From positions 1 to 64,000 of the forward strand of contig CAWHCF010000022.1 of NCBI GenBank assembly GCA_963827655.1: a stretch of 64,000 nt of DNA, written 5' to 3'. Under the pieces are notes generated by a model. It was not told the origin of the DNA. It saw nothing but the letters and a program-made list of their open reading frames with translations, and searched no databases. Below, piece after piece: positions 1-14,760 of this stretch. Position numbers and translations under genes: made by a program. This DNA is from an uncultured Acidobacteriota bacterium (lineage in GTDB: Bacteria > Acidobacteriota > UBA6911). Numbering within the stretch: position 1 is the stretch's first letter; each line of letters opens with the position of its first letter.

Positions 1-1116
1 AGTCCGGGCTGGTGGCATCGAAGCGCGGCGGCTGGGCGAGGTCGGTGTGGCCGTTGCCGGCCGCCGCGACCAGGGTGACGCCGCGGTCGGTGGCGTAGTC
101 GAGGGCCGCCAGCACGGTGGAGCGGATGAAGGCCTGGTCGGCGATCTCGGCGGCCGTGGGCGTGCCCACGACGTAGTCAGCCGCCGACGCGCAGTTGTAG
201 AGCCACGGATCGGTGTAGAAGCTCATGTTCACCACGTCGAGATCGGCGTCGCCGGCGTAGGTGAGCGCAGCCACCGTCTCGTAAGGAAGAAGAAGCCGGA
301 GTCCTGACCGGCGCGGACGTTCACGAGCGTCGCGTCGGGTGCGACGCCGCCGATGCCGAGGCCGTTGCGGGCGGCGCCGATGTGCCGGCGACGTGGGTGC
401 CGTGCCCGCCGTCATCGACGTCGGCGGGATCGATGCAGGTGGCGACCTCGCACGGGCCGTCGATGCTCGGGATGTCCATGGTGAAGTTGCGGCTCAGCGC
501 GCGCGAGAAGTTGCGAGCGAGGTCGGGGTGGCTGGCGTCGATGCCGGTGTCGATGACACCGACGGTGACGCCCGGCCGGTGGCCTTCCGCCAGGCGCCGT
601 CGGGCGTCGCGCCGATCATGCCATGTCCCACTGGAGGTCGGCGAGCGGCTCGGCGGCCTTGCCCTTGCCCGACCCTTCGGCCGGCCGGCGCGCGGCGGCC
701 GCGGCGCGATCCGTGGTGGTCGGGCGCTCCTCGGCGAACGGTGCGGCATGCCCGGGCGGCTCGTGCCGACGGAGTGGTTGCGGCGGCGCCGGCGACGGCG
801 GCGTCGTCGCGCACCTCGTCGAGGAAGCCCGCATCGGAGGAGCTGACGAGCGCGACGCCCGCGCCCTCGGTCACGTCGAGCACGGTGCCGCCGGCGGCCT
901 CGATGGCCGCGGTGGCCGCCTGCCTGCTGCGCGGGCTCGAAGGCGACGACGAACTCGCCGCCGCCGCTCTCGGACGCGACCTGCGCCGCGGCGGATCGTC
1001 CGTCCGGCGCCTTGGGCGCGGCGCTCGCTCCTGGAGCGGCGCCGGCGCCGAGCGCCGAGACGAGCAGGACGACAGCCGGCGCCGAGAGCACCGGCCGTGG
1101 TGCGGGCAGATCGCAT
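1..1116 (-). CDS. S8 subtilisin-like serine peptidase (secreted; frameshifted; runs off window start)
   Basis: Signal-like N-terminus, catalytic Asp motif VGVIDTGIDASHPDL and His motif DDGGHGTHVAG in ORF 321..1091; the rest lies in other frames. Confidence 0.85.
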
Positions 1117-1277
1117 GCAAACCCCCTCTGACGAGCCCGCCGGGCCGAGGTAAGCCGTGGCGCGCTCGTTGTGTCAACGGACCAGATCGAAGGGCGGTCA
1201 GACCGGACAGGTTGTGGCCAATCTGGCCGCAGATCCTGCGCGAATCGTCCAGTCAGCGTCGCTCGAGGAGCGTGTCG

Positions 1278-2440
1278 TCAGGAGGGCGGCGATCCACTCC
1301 GGCTGCGTCGGCGCCCGAGGGCCCGGCCGGCCCAGCGGACCGCGCCGGGGTGTCGCCGACAGGCGGGCCACGAGGCCCTGCATCGGCACGCCGTCGACCT
1401 CGACGATCGAGCCGCGCGCGGCGTAGTGCGGGTCGGCGGCGATGTCGGCCATGTCGAAGATGGGCGCCGCGGCGGCCTCGGCGTCCTCGAACGCGACGAG
1501 CACCTCGTCGAGCGGTGCGAGCGGCGCAGAAGTCGGCCATGCGCGCGTCGATCTCGTCGCGGGCCGCGATGCGGCCGTTGAAGGTCTGCAGGTCGGCGCG
1601 GTCGCCGAAGCCGATCAGGTCCATCACCCGCGCGGCGACCGACTCGGCCGACGTGGACACCGCGACCCAGTGGCCGTCCGCGCACCGCCAGGTGCCGCGG
1701 GGCACCGAGTACGGGATGCCGGACCCGAGGCGCGGCTGCAGGTAGCCGGTGGCGGCGAAGGCGCCCGGCAGCGGACCCATGCACTGGAACAGCGACTCGA
1801 GCAGGTTCACGTCGACCACCTGGCCCACGCCCGACCACAGCGCCACCATCGTGGCGAACGCACCCGACCAGCGCGGTGACCTCGTCGGTGAGCGCGATCG
1901 GCGGCAGGAGCGGACCGCCGTCGGGCTCGCCGTTGATGGACGCGAAGCCCGACATCGCCTCGGCGATGGTGGCGAACCCGGCCCGGCCCGCGTAGGGCCC
2001 GTCCTGCCCGAACCCGGTGACGCGGAGGATCACGAGCGTCGGGTTGCGCTCGAGCAGCACGTCGGGGCCGAGGCCGAGCCGCTCGAGCGTGCCGGGCCGG
2101 AAGTTCTCGATGAGCGACGTGGGCGTCCTCGACCAGGCGCAGGATCGTCGCCGCGCCCGTCGTCGGTCTTGAGGTCGACGGTCGTGCAGCGCTTGTTGCG
2201 CGACGACGAGCTTCCAGTACAGCGACGTGCCGTCGGCGGGGTCGCGGCACGCCCATGCCGCGGGTGCTGTCGCCGGTGCCGGGCCGCTCGACCTTGAGCA
2301 CGTCGGCGCCGTAGTCGGCGAGGTAGCGGGCGGCGCCCGGGCCCGGCGATCACGGTGGCCAGGTCGAGGACGCGGATGCCCGCGAGCGGCCCGGCGAGCG
2401 GACCGGTCGCGCGACGGAGCCGCCAGGCGTCGGACCGGAT
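1278..2440 (-). CDS. CaiB/BaiF family III CoA-transferase (frameshifted)
   Basis: PLAGIRVLDLATVIAGP, RNKRCTTVDLK, IENFRPGTLERLGLG, VTGFGQDGPYAGRAGF. Confidence 0.9.
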
Positions 2441-2459
2441 GCGCGGCCTCCGTGGCCGG

Positions 2460-3466
2460 GAACGCAACGCATCGCGAAGCAGCGGTCGCCGAGCTCGCCG
2501 AACGCGTACTCGCCGTAGGCGCCGGCGAACATGCCGCGGGTCTGCTCGGTCCACGTCGAGCGCCTCGGGGGTGGAGATGCGGCGGTGGACCTGGAGCACG
2601 CCGCCGTCGAACACGCGGTACTCGGCCCAGCGTGCCCGGGTAGTCCTTCACGCAGGCGACCTCGATCCACGGCCGGTCGCCGCGTCGCCGCGAAGCGTCG
2701 CACCCGGTTGCGGTGGGTGTGGCCGGCGGCGTAGCCGAGGATCCCCGGGTGCCGGGCGACGGCCGCGATGAGCCGCTCGGAGTCGTCGGGGTGGATGCCG
2801 AAGTAGTCGTCGGGCCGCGGCGCTGGCGTCCGGGTTCCACACGTGGTGGTGGCCGAGCACGAGCACCGGCCGGTCGGCCTCGGCGGCCAGGTCCTCGAGC
2901 CACTCGAGCTGCTCGTCGGGCACCTGGCCGGTGGTGTGGCCGGGGATCGTCGTGTCGAGGAGGGCGATCGTGAGGCCGTCGACGTCGATCCGCTGCGGAC
3001 CCTCCGGGGCGTACGTCTGGTGGCGGTAGCGCGTCGTGGTTGCCGCGCACGTGGTGCAGCCGGTCGCCGAAGGCGGTGCCGTAGGCGGCGAGGAACGCGG
3101 CGTACTCCTCGTCGAGCCCGTCGCAGGTGAGGTCGCCCTTCACGACGACGGCGTCCGGGTCGATGGCGGCGATCTCCGCGATGGCGCCGCGGTTCATCAG
3201 CTCGGGGTAGGGCTCGGCGCCGGGCTCGACGCTGAAGAACGGCCCGTCGGGGATCCCGTCCATGATCCCGCAGACCGTCTCGCCGAAGTGCACGTCGTTG
3301 ACCGTGGCGACGGTGGCCAGCCGCTCGCCGAGCCGGGGCAGCGTGCGGAACGTCGAAGCCGCTCGATCTCGTGGTCGGTGTCGGGCTCGAGGCCGCGGTA
3401 GGTGCGCGCCTCGGCGCCGTCGTGGATGACGGCCTCGTCGTCGGCGACCGTCGTCAGCTCAGCCAC
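2460..3466 (-). CDS. Calcineurin-like metallophosphoesterase (Icc/CpdA-like; frameshifted)
   Basis: DVHFG, KGDLT, RGNHD, GHHH and GHTH motifs across frames. Confidence 0.8.
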
Positions 3467-3486
3467 GCCATCGCCACGGTCGCTCA

Positions 3487-3705
3487 CCAGGGTCGCGATC
3501 GCGCCGGAACGGCGATCGGCTTCGTCCACCAGCGCCCGGCGAAGCGCCAGCCGGGACGGCGCGTCTCGTCGTCGGAGCCGGTGCCGAGCGACGCCGGCGG
3601 TCGCGGGGCCACGGCAGCCTCGATGGCCGCCGCGATGGCGGCCGCCGCCTCCTCAGTCGGTGCGGCGTCGGGGCGCCTACGGGCGATGTCGCATCGCGAC
3701 GGCCA
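3487..3705 (-). CDS. Putative acyl-CoA carboxylase epsilon-like small subunit
   Basis: Directly downstream of the carboxyltransferase; reassembled peptide EEAAAAIAAAIEAA...WRFAGRWW resembles actinobacterial epsilon subunits. Confidence 0.5.
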
Positions 3706-5268
<1,563 letters not shown>

Positions 5269-5306
5269 GCCGCCAAGGTACTGGCGGCCCGCGCGAGCGG
5301 CGAAAA

Positions 5307-5324
5307 CTAGACCGCCCGGTCAAG
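5307..5324. promoter_or_regulatory. Operator-like palindrome CTAGACC-N4-GGTCAAG
   Basis: Lies between divergent pccB and amidohydrolase; 14/18 identical to the palindrome at 15764-15781. Confidence 0.4.
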
Positions 5325-5399
5325 CCACGACAAGATCTGTGGACGCTCACGCTCGCCATGCGGTCGCGAGGCGTCCACAGAACGTGGGGAAGTGGCCCG

Positions 5400-7101
<1,702 letters not shown>

Positions 7102-7737
7102 GTCCGACCCCGGGTCAGCGGGGCGTCGGAAGCGGCGCTCAGTCGGCGGTCGATCTCCGCCCTGGCCTGGCGCCTCGAGCCTGAGCGTCGCCTGGACGTC
7201 CGATCCGGCCCTCGATCGACCGTGACCGGGTCGAGCGGTGAGAGCTCGTCGACGAGGCGCGCCAGTGGGAGCGTGGCGGCGACGGAACCGGCACCTCGCA
7301 GCCTGGCGCGTGATGAACGGCACCGGTGCATCGCGGCGCGGCCTCGTCCATCCCGACGTGCTCGCGCCGCTTCCCGCGATGACCACTGCGGCTGCCGTAG
7401 CAGTCGAGGCACGGCTTCGTGATCGATCCTGCCGTTGAGGCAACGCCGAAGCCGATGTCGTGCTCAGGGTGCGGGGTGAGCGTCGACCGAGCGGTGTGCG
7501 TCGCCCGATCGCGGTAGCTCGGCAGGTGGAGACGCCGTCGGGCGTCTGGCGATGCCCGCACCCGAGGCAGGCCAGCTCGGGATGCACGACGGGACTCCTG
7601 GATGCTCTGCGCCTCCGGCATGCACGGACCGGCGCGGCGTTGCGGTGCATCGACCGCGATCCCTCGCACAGAGGTCGTTGGCAGGGTGCCGCCGATAACG
7701 AACCGGCTCGCCGGCTGCGATCGGCCACGCTGGTGCG

Positions 7738-8679
7738 ATGGCGATCGAGGCGCGGGGGCTGACCAAGGTCTTCGAGACCGGCCGCCGCAAGGCGCGGCGG
7801 CGGATCGAGGCCGTGCGCGACCTCGACCTCGACGTGGCGGCCGGCGAGCGGGTCGCCTACATCGGGCCCAACGGCGCCGGGAAGTCGACGTCGATCAAGA
7901 TCCTCACCGGGATCCTCCACCCGACGGCGGGCGAGGCCACGGTGCTCGGCGTCACGCCGTGGGAGGACCGCCGGCGCCTCGCTCGCCGGATCGGCACGCT
8001 GTTCGGCCAGCGCTCGCTGCTCTGGCTCGAGCTGACGCCGCGCCAGTCGTACCGGATGCTCGCGGCGATCTACGGCCTGGACCGCGCCGCCGAGCAGCGG
8101 CGCATCGCCGAGCTCGGCGAGCTGCTCGACGCCACCGACCTGTTCGACCAGCCCGTGCGGTACCTGTCGCTCGGCCAGCGCATGCGCTGCGAGCTCGCCG
8201 CGTGCCTGCTCCACGACCCGGAGATCCTGTTCCTCGACGAGCCCACCATCGGGCTCGACCTCGTCGCCAAGCAGCGGTTCCGCGAGCTGCTCGTCCGCCT
8301 CAACGAGCAGCAGGGCACGACGATCTTCCTGACGTCCCACGACGTGGCCGACATCGAGCACGTCGCCAAGCGGGCCATCGTCATCAACCACGGCGAGGTC
8401 ATCTACGACGACGAGGTCGCCGCCATGCGCCGCACCCTGCTCGCCACCAAGATCGTCGAGGTCGGCCTGCTCGCGCCGATCGCCGCGCCCGACGCCGGCG
8501 GCGTCACCCTCCTCGAGCACACCGACACGGTGATGCGCCTCGTGGTCGACACGCACACGACGCCCATCCGGACGGTGCTCGACGAGCTGCTCGACGGCCC
8601 GGCCGTGGCCGACATCTCCGTGGTCGACCCGCCGCTCGAGCAGGTCATCGCCGAGATCTACGAGCTGCCGGCGCGATGA
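7738..8679 (+). CDS. ABC transporter ATP-binding protein
   Basis: Walker A GPNGAGKST, LSLGQRMRCE signature, ILFLDEPTIGLD. Confidence 0.95.
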   Translation: MAIEARGLTKVFETGRRKARRRIEAVRDLDLDVAAGERVAYIGPNGAGKSTSIKILTGILHPTAGEATVLGVTPWEDRRRLARRIGTLFGQRSLLWLELTPRQSYRMLAAIYGLDRAAEQRRIAELGELLDATDLFDQPVRYLSLGQRMRCELAACLLHDPEILFLDEPTIGLDLVAKQRFRELLVRLNEQQGTTIFLTSHDVADIEHVAKRAIVINHGEVIYDDEVAAMRRTLLATKIVEVGLLAPIAAPDAGGVTLLEHTDTVMRLVVDTHTTPIRTVLDELLDGPAVADISVVDPPLEQVIAEIYELPAR

Positions 8680-9462
8680 CGCGGCGCGGCTACGCCGAGG
8701 CGCTCCGCGGCTCGGCCCACCGCTCGTCATCGACGGCGGCGGGCTCGTGGTGGCGGTCGGCGTTCTACCTGGTGATCGTCGGCACCCTGTCGGGCTGTGG
8801 CGCGTCGCGGTCGACGCCAACGGCGGCGACCTCGGCGGCTACAGCGCCCTCGCGCTCACCTGGTACATCATCACGTCCGAGGCGGCGATCGTGTCGGTCA
8901 ACGCCCGGCACATCGAGGACATCGGCACCGACATCGCGCTCGGCACGGTGGCGGTGGAGCTGCTCCGGCCGGCGTCCGTGCTCGGCGTCCGCGTGGCCAC
9001 CCAGGTCGGTCGGAGGCGTCCCGAGGGTCGGCGACGCTGTGGGCGCCGGCGCCGTGCTGCGCCACGCTCGTCGCCGGCGCGCCGCCGACGCCGGCCGCCC
9101 TCCTCCTGGCCGCGCCGAGCCTCGTGCTGGCCATCACGGCCAACCTCCTCGCCCAGCACGCCGTGGCGGCCATCGCCTTCTGGATCCGCGACGCGGGCTC
9201 GGTGTGGTTCCTCTACATGAAGGCCGTGTTCATCCTCGGCGGGATGATCATCCCGCTCGAGCTGCTGCCCGACGTGGCTCGAGCGCGTCTCGCTGCTGTC
9301 TGCCGTTCGCGGCGATGGCCTACGCCCCGGCCCGCCTCGCGTCCGGCCTCTGGGAGCCGGCGCTCCTCGTCGCGCAGGTGTTCTGGATCGGCGTGCTCGC
9401 CGTCGGCGGCGACCGCCGTGTTCCGGGCCGGCGAGCGCCGTCTGCAGGTGGTGGGCGGATGA
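8676..9462 (+). CDS. ABC-2 type permease (frameshifted)
   Basis: Hydrophobic segments, GTVAVELLRP, LGGMIIPLELLP, C-terminal LQVVGG; ATGA overlap with the ATPase. Confidence 0.8.
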
Positions 9463-10230
9463 GCGGGCTCCGCGCGACGGCGCGCAACGCGTTCGCCGAG
9501 GTGGCGGCCAAGCCGGCGCGCGCTGGCCACCCAGATGGCGGTGATGATGATCAACGACCTCGTCTGGGTCGTGTTCTGGGTGCTGTTCTTCGACCGGGTC
9601 GGCACGCTCGGCGGCTGGGACCGCGACAGCATCCTCGTGCTCCAGGCCGTGCTCACCACGGCCGGCGGGCTGTCGCTCGGGCTGCTCGCCAACGGCCGTC
9701 GGATCGGCGCGATGGCGGTCGAGCGGTGACCTCGACGCCGTCCTCGCCCTGCCCGGTGGCGCCGCTGCCGTTCGTGCTGCTGCGCCGCGATCGAGCCGGT
9801 CAACCTCGGCGACCTCGCCTTCGGCGTCGCCCTCTTCTTCGTCGCGTGCGACCCCACGCCGACGCGGACGCTCGCGTTCGTGCTCGTCGTGCTGGCGTCG
9901 GCCACGCTGCTCACCGCGTTCCTCGTGCTCACCGGCGCGCTGGCGTTCTTCATCGGGCGCAGCGAGAGCGGCGAGCTCGGGTTCCACAGCATGCTCCTGC
10001 TCGGCGCCTACCCCGTCGACCTGTTCGCCGGCGCCATCCGCGTGATGCTCTTCACGGTCGTCCCGGCGGCGCTCATCGCCGCCGTGCCGGCCGGGCTCAT
10101 CGGCGAGTTCGACGCTGGGCGCGCCCTCGCCCTCGTCGTCACCGCCGCCATCTTCGCCCTCGCCGCCACCGTCACCTTCACCCTCGGCCTGCGCCGCTAC
10201 ACCTCCGGCTCCGTCTGGACCCGCGCCTGA
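9459..10230 (+). CDS. ABC-2 type permease, second subunit (frameshifted)
   Basis: VFWVLFFDRVGTLGGW, YPVDLF, GLRRYTSG C-terminus. Confidence 0.8.
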
Positions 10231-10235
10231 CCCCT

Positions 10236-10335
10236 CGCAACCTGTGGTCGATCGTGCCGCAGAAGTCGGCCGTTCGACACAGGTTCGAGTCGAAGCCCGC
10301 AACCTGCGGTGCAGTCCGCAGGAGCCAGCGTTCAC
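10236..10335. repeat. Intergenic hairpin/direct-repeat element between convergent genes
   Basis: AACCTGTGGTCGA...TCGACACAGGTT inverted pair; CGCAACCTGYGGT occurs twice about 62 bp apart. Confidence 0.45.
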
Positions 10336-10352
10336 ACGCGAGGTGCGGGCGG

Positions 10353-11580
10353 TCAGCTCTTGGGGAGGGTCGCTCCAGGGGTGGCCCTTGAGGGGGTCGG
10401 GCTCGCGGGGGAGGCCGAGCACGCGCTCGCCGAGGATGTTGCGCTGGATGTTCTCGGTGCCGCCGCCGATGCGGCTCGACCACTGGAACAGGAACACGTC
10501 CTGCCAGAAGCCGCCGTCGGGCGCGTCGTCGTGCCAGAGCGTGCCGGTGGCGCCGAGGATCGACATGATCACGGCGCCCAGCGTGCTCCACCTGGTGGCT
10601 GTTGACCAGCTTGAGCACCGACGCCTCCGGGCCCGGGCGGCACGCCCTTGGCGGTCGCGGTGCGCACCCGGTAGACGAGCCAGCGCTGGATCATCTCGCG
10701 GGTGGCCAGCTCGGGCGAGCGCCTGGCGCACGCAGCGGCTCCCGGTCGCGGTCGAACCGCCGGGCCAGGTCGGCGACCTCGCGCCAGCCGGTCTGGCCAC
10801 CCTCGCCGATCGAGGTGCGCTCGGCGGTGAGCGTCGTCATCGCCACCCGCCAGCCGTCGCCGACGTCGCCGACGACGTGGTCGTGCGGGCACGCGCACGC
10901 CGTCGAGGAACACCTCGTTGAAGTGGATGGCGCCGTCGATCTGCCGCAGCGGTCGCACATCGACCCGGCGCGTGCATGTCGACGAGGAAGTAGGTGATGC
11001 CGGCGTGCTTGGCGACGTCGGGGTCCGTGCGGGCCAGGCAGATGCCCCAGTCGGCCGTGTGGGCCGACGAGGTCCACACCTTCTGCCCGTGAGCACCCAC
11101 TCGTCGCCGTCCCGCTCGGCGCGCGTGCTGAGCGAGGCGAGGTCGGATCCCGAGCCCGGCTCGCTGAAGAGCTGGCACCACGACTCGTCGCCGCGGAGCA
11201 TCGGCTCGAGGAACCGCTTCTGCTGCTCGGGGGTGCCGTGGGCCATGAGCGTGGGGCCGGCCAGGTCGATCCCGACCACGAAGAAGTTGGCGGCCACGTC
11301 GAAGCGCGCCTCCTCCTCGGCCACCACACCCGCCTCGATCCCGCTGAGGCCCTGGCCGCCGAACTCGCGGGGCCAGTGCGGCGCCGCCCAGCCGGCATCG
11401 AACTTGGTGCGCTGCCAGGCCCGGGCCATCTCGAGCTGGGCGGCGTCCTGGTCGTCTGTCTTGGCTCGGAAGGCGCGCCAGTCGCCGTCGCCCTCGCCCC
11501 GCGGCCTCGCCACCGACGCGCAGCCAGGCCCGCGCCCGAGCTCGGACCGCCGCCTCGGCGGGGGTGTCGTCGACATCCAC
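10353..11580 (-). CDS. Acyl-CoA dehydrogenase (frameshifted)
   Basis: [58 protein letters not shown]. Confidence 0.92.
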
Positions 11581-11596
11581 TAGAACAGGTTCTAGT
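11579..11596. promoter_or_regulatory. Palindromic operator ACTAGAAC-AG-GTTCTAGT (fits KstR-type TnnAACnnGTTnnA)
   Basis: Perfect 8-bp arms with a 2-bp spacer abutting the acyl-CoA dehydrogenase start. Confidence 0.6.
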
Positions 11597-11699
11597 TTCG
11601 TTCGTGGCGGAGCCGCCAGGCGGAGCCGCTCGACTCGTGCACGCGGATCGGCGAAGCCGGGAGCCCCGAAGAGGGGCGACCCGGCAGTACCGTCCAAAC

Positions 11700-12782
11700 G
11701 TGGACCTGCCCGTGATGCCGCCGGTGAAGCCGATGCTGGCGAAGGCGGTGCACGCCGTGCCCGACGGCCGACGGGCCTCCTCTTCGAGCCGAAGTGGGAC
11801 GGGTTCCGCTGCATCGTGTTCCGCGACGGCGACGAGCTCGAGCTCGGGTCGCGCAACGACCGCCCGCTCACCCGCTACTTCCCCGAGCTGGTCGAGCTGC
11901 TGCAGGCGGCCCTCCCGGAGCGGTGCGTGGTCGACGGCGAGATCGTGGTGGTCACGGAGGAGGGGCTCGGCTTCGACACCCTCCAGCAGCGCCTCCACCC
12001 GGCCGAGTCGCGGGTGCGCAAGCTGGCCGAGGAGACGCCGGCCAGCTTCGTCGCCTTCGACCTCCTCGCCCTCGACGACCGCGACCTCACCGGCGAGCCG
12101 TTCGCCGAGCGCCGGCGGCTCCTCGAGGCCGTGCTCGACGGGCGACCTCGGCGCGCGTCCACCTCACGCCGATGACCGACGACCCCGACGTCGCCGAGGA
12201 CTGGTTCACGCGCTTCGAGGGCGCCGGGTTCGACGGCGTGATGGCGAAGCCGGCCGACCAGCCCTACCAGCAGGACAAGCGGGTCATGTGGAAGGTGAAG
12301 CACGAGCGGACGGCCGACTGCGTGGTCGCCGGGTTCCGCGTGGCACAAGGACGGCGAGGGGGTCGGCTCGCTGCTGCTCGGGCTGTTCGACGACGAGGGC
12401 ACGCTGCACCACGTCGGCGTGGCCAGCAGCTTCACGGCCGCTCGTCGCCGCGAGCTGGTCGACGAGCTGGCCCCGCTCCGCGAACGGCGCGCTCGACGAC
12501 CACCCGTGGGCGCGACTGGGCGACGGCGGCCGCCGAGGCCAAGGAGGCCGGCCGCATGCCGGGCGGCGTCAGCCGCTGGAACGCGCAGAAGGACCTGTCG
12601 TGGGAGCCGCTCCGGCCGGAGCTCGTGGCCGAGGTCCGCTACGAGCACGTCCTCGGCGGCCGCTTCCGCCACGGCGGGCGCCTCGTGCGGTTCCGGTCCG
12701 ACCGCACGCCCGACTCGTGCACCTACGCGCAGCTCGAGGAGGTCGCGCCGGCCGAGCTGGCCGACATCTTCAAGCTGGCTGA
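11700..12782 (+). CDS. ligC: ATP-dependent DNA ligase, LigC type (frameshifted)
   Basis: [80 protein letters not shown]. Confidence 0.92.
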   Translation: MDLPVMPPVKPMLAKAVHAVPDGRRASSSSRSGTGSAASCSATATSSSSGRATTARSPATSPSWSSCCRRPSRSGAWSTARSWWSRRRGSASTPSSSASTRPSRGCASWPRRRRPASSPSTSSPSTTATSPASRSPSAGGSSRPCSTGDLGARPPHADDRRPRRRRGLVHALRGRRVRRRDGEAGRPALPAGQAGHVEGEARADGRLRGRRVPRGTRTARGSARCCSGCSTTRARCTTSAWPAASRPLVAASWSTSWPRSANGALDDHPWARLGDGGRRGQGGRPHAGRRQPLERAEGPVVGAAPAGARGRGPLRARPRRPLPPRRAPRAVPVRPHARLVHLRAARGGRAGRAGRHLQAG

Positions 12783-12857
12783 CGCGCACCTTCGGGGCGC
12801 CGGCCTCGGCCATCCGGTGTCACGTGCGGCGCTCGCTGGCGGCTGCGAGCGCGCCCG

Positions 12858-14646
12858 CTACGGGATCGGGTCGAGGGCGTCGGCGTGGTAGCGCACGTTC
12901 GGGTTCCACAGGATGAAGCCCTCGATGCCGAGCACCTTGGCGGCGTCGATCTGCGCCCGCACCTCGGCGTCGCCGTAGGGCACGCCGTAGAGCGTGAAGT
13001 CCTGGAGCCACGGCAGGAACCGCACGCCGGTGCCCTCGGTGACCCGCTGGAAGTCGGCGAGCGACTTGGCGACGATCGCGGCCGGGCTCGTTGATCGGGC
13101 TGTCGACCCGGTACATCCCGGGCCCCCAGTGCGACGGGTAGACCATCGGCGCGAGGTAGTCGACGACGGCGGCCATCGCCGGGACGTCCTGGGCGATGCT
13201 GTCGCCGGCGGCGGCCGCGATGCCGAACACCGAGGCGCCCTGGTAGGCGCCCCGCTTGCGGAGCGCGGCGTGCGTCTCGGCGAGGAAGTCGGTCACCGAC
13301 GCCGAGCTCGGGCCCTTCGAGGCCGGGCACCACCATCGTGTCGGGGTCGCCCTCCGGCCGGCGGATGTAGTCCCAGAGGATGTCCTTCACGCCGAGGTCG
13401 ACACGGCCTCGAGCGCGATGTCGAGGTTGTACTGGCGCACCGCCGGGTGGGCGTAGTTGGCGAAGCCGCCGTAGGTGCCCAGCATGCCGCCGCTCGGGGT
13501 CTGGAGCACCTCGTCGTGGCGGCCGGCGGCCCAGGCCGCCTCGGCGTAGATCGGGTCGCGGAAGGCCACGAGCCGCCCGATCACGCGGATCGCCCTTGTC
13601 CTCGAGCGTGCGCACGGCCTCGGCGAGGTCGTAGTCAGCCGACACGGCGCCGATCTCGCGCGGCCTTCGGGCAGCTGCGAGTCGTAGCTGACGATCGCCC
13701 GCCTCGTCCTTGAGGTCGAGCTCGACGGTGTCGATCAGGCCGCGGTCGATCAGGTCCATGACGCCGGCGTGGAGCTCGTCGTTGGCCCAGGCCGCGCCGC
13801 TGACGTGGACGGCACGCGAGCTGTCCGGGTAGATCACCGGCACCACGACGTGCGCGGTGGTGCGTGTTGCCGGCTTCGTCGACGGCGGTGAACGTCGAGG
13901 GCGCCGGTGGGCGGCGTGTCGAACTCGACCGCGAACTCGCCGTCGTCGGCGTCGAGCGCCTCGCCGCCGAAGCTGAGCTCGGCGCCCTCCTCGACCGTGC
14001 CCGTCACGGTGACCGGCGTCGGCGATCGGCACGGGATCGAGGTTGGTCGGCAGGTCGAGCGTGGGGGCGATGCTGTCGACGACGTAGCGTCCACGTGAAG
14101 GTGCGAGTCGCCGAGGAACATGCGGCCGACGGACAGCTCGATCTTGTGCTCGCCCTCGGCCAGCGCCTGCTCGACGAGCTCGGTCTCCACCAGGTCGGCG
14201 GGACGGATCCGCACCGAGCGGCCGTCGGCCTCCGGCTCGAGGTCCTCGAGCAGCGGCACGCCGTCGACCTGTGAGGTCGAGCCGGAACAGCTCGTCGCTC
14301 GAGTCGAGCGCGATCGTCGATGTCGAGGTCGCTCGGCGGCCTCGGGCGTGAGGGCTTGCCCGTCGTCGATCCCGGTGGCGGCGACGTCGACCCGCGTCGC
14401 GCTCCAGAAGGCCGTGGCCGAGCCAGAGCACGACGCCGAGCGCACCGAGCACGAGGACCACGAGGAAGAGGTCGATCTGGCCGGACGGCCGCCGAGCCCG
14501 CCTCGCTGCCGCGGTCGGTTGAGCCGCAGCGATCCGGGGGTGAGGTCGAGCTTGGTGGAGCGCGACGGAGCCCACAGGCCCCGTTCGGACCGGCGTGGCT
14601 TGCGGGCGCGGTTGGCCCCGGGGATGTCCTTGAGAGAGGTCGCCAT
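12858..14646 (-). CDS. Membrane-anchored protein with Ig-like region and putative glycoside hydrolase (DUF4015-like) domain (frameshifted)
   Basis: N-terminal TM helix; LDLKDE, IGRLVAFRDP, WDYIRRP, DYLAPMVYPSHW, PWLQDF, FILWNP. Confidence 0.75.
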
Positions 14647-14760
14647 CGAGCTGGCGCCGCGTCGCGGCCGGCGACCAGTCTGCCCGGCCGGGGCCCCGCG
14701 GAGCCATCGCGGCGGCCGCCTCGGCCGCGCGGCCACCTGTGGAGCAGACTACGAGGGCAG

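Noticed and set aside
10275-10289. Near-SOS box TCGACACAGGTTCGA
   Set aside because: One base short, lies between convergent 3' ends and forms part of a hairpin.
11581-11594. LexA SOS box upstream of ligC
   Set aside because: The actinobacterial box is TCGAAC-N4-GTTCGA; this site has a 2-bp spacer and fits the KstR pattern better.
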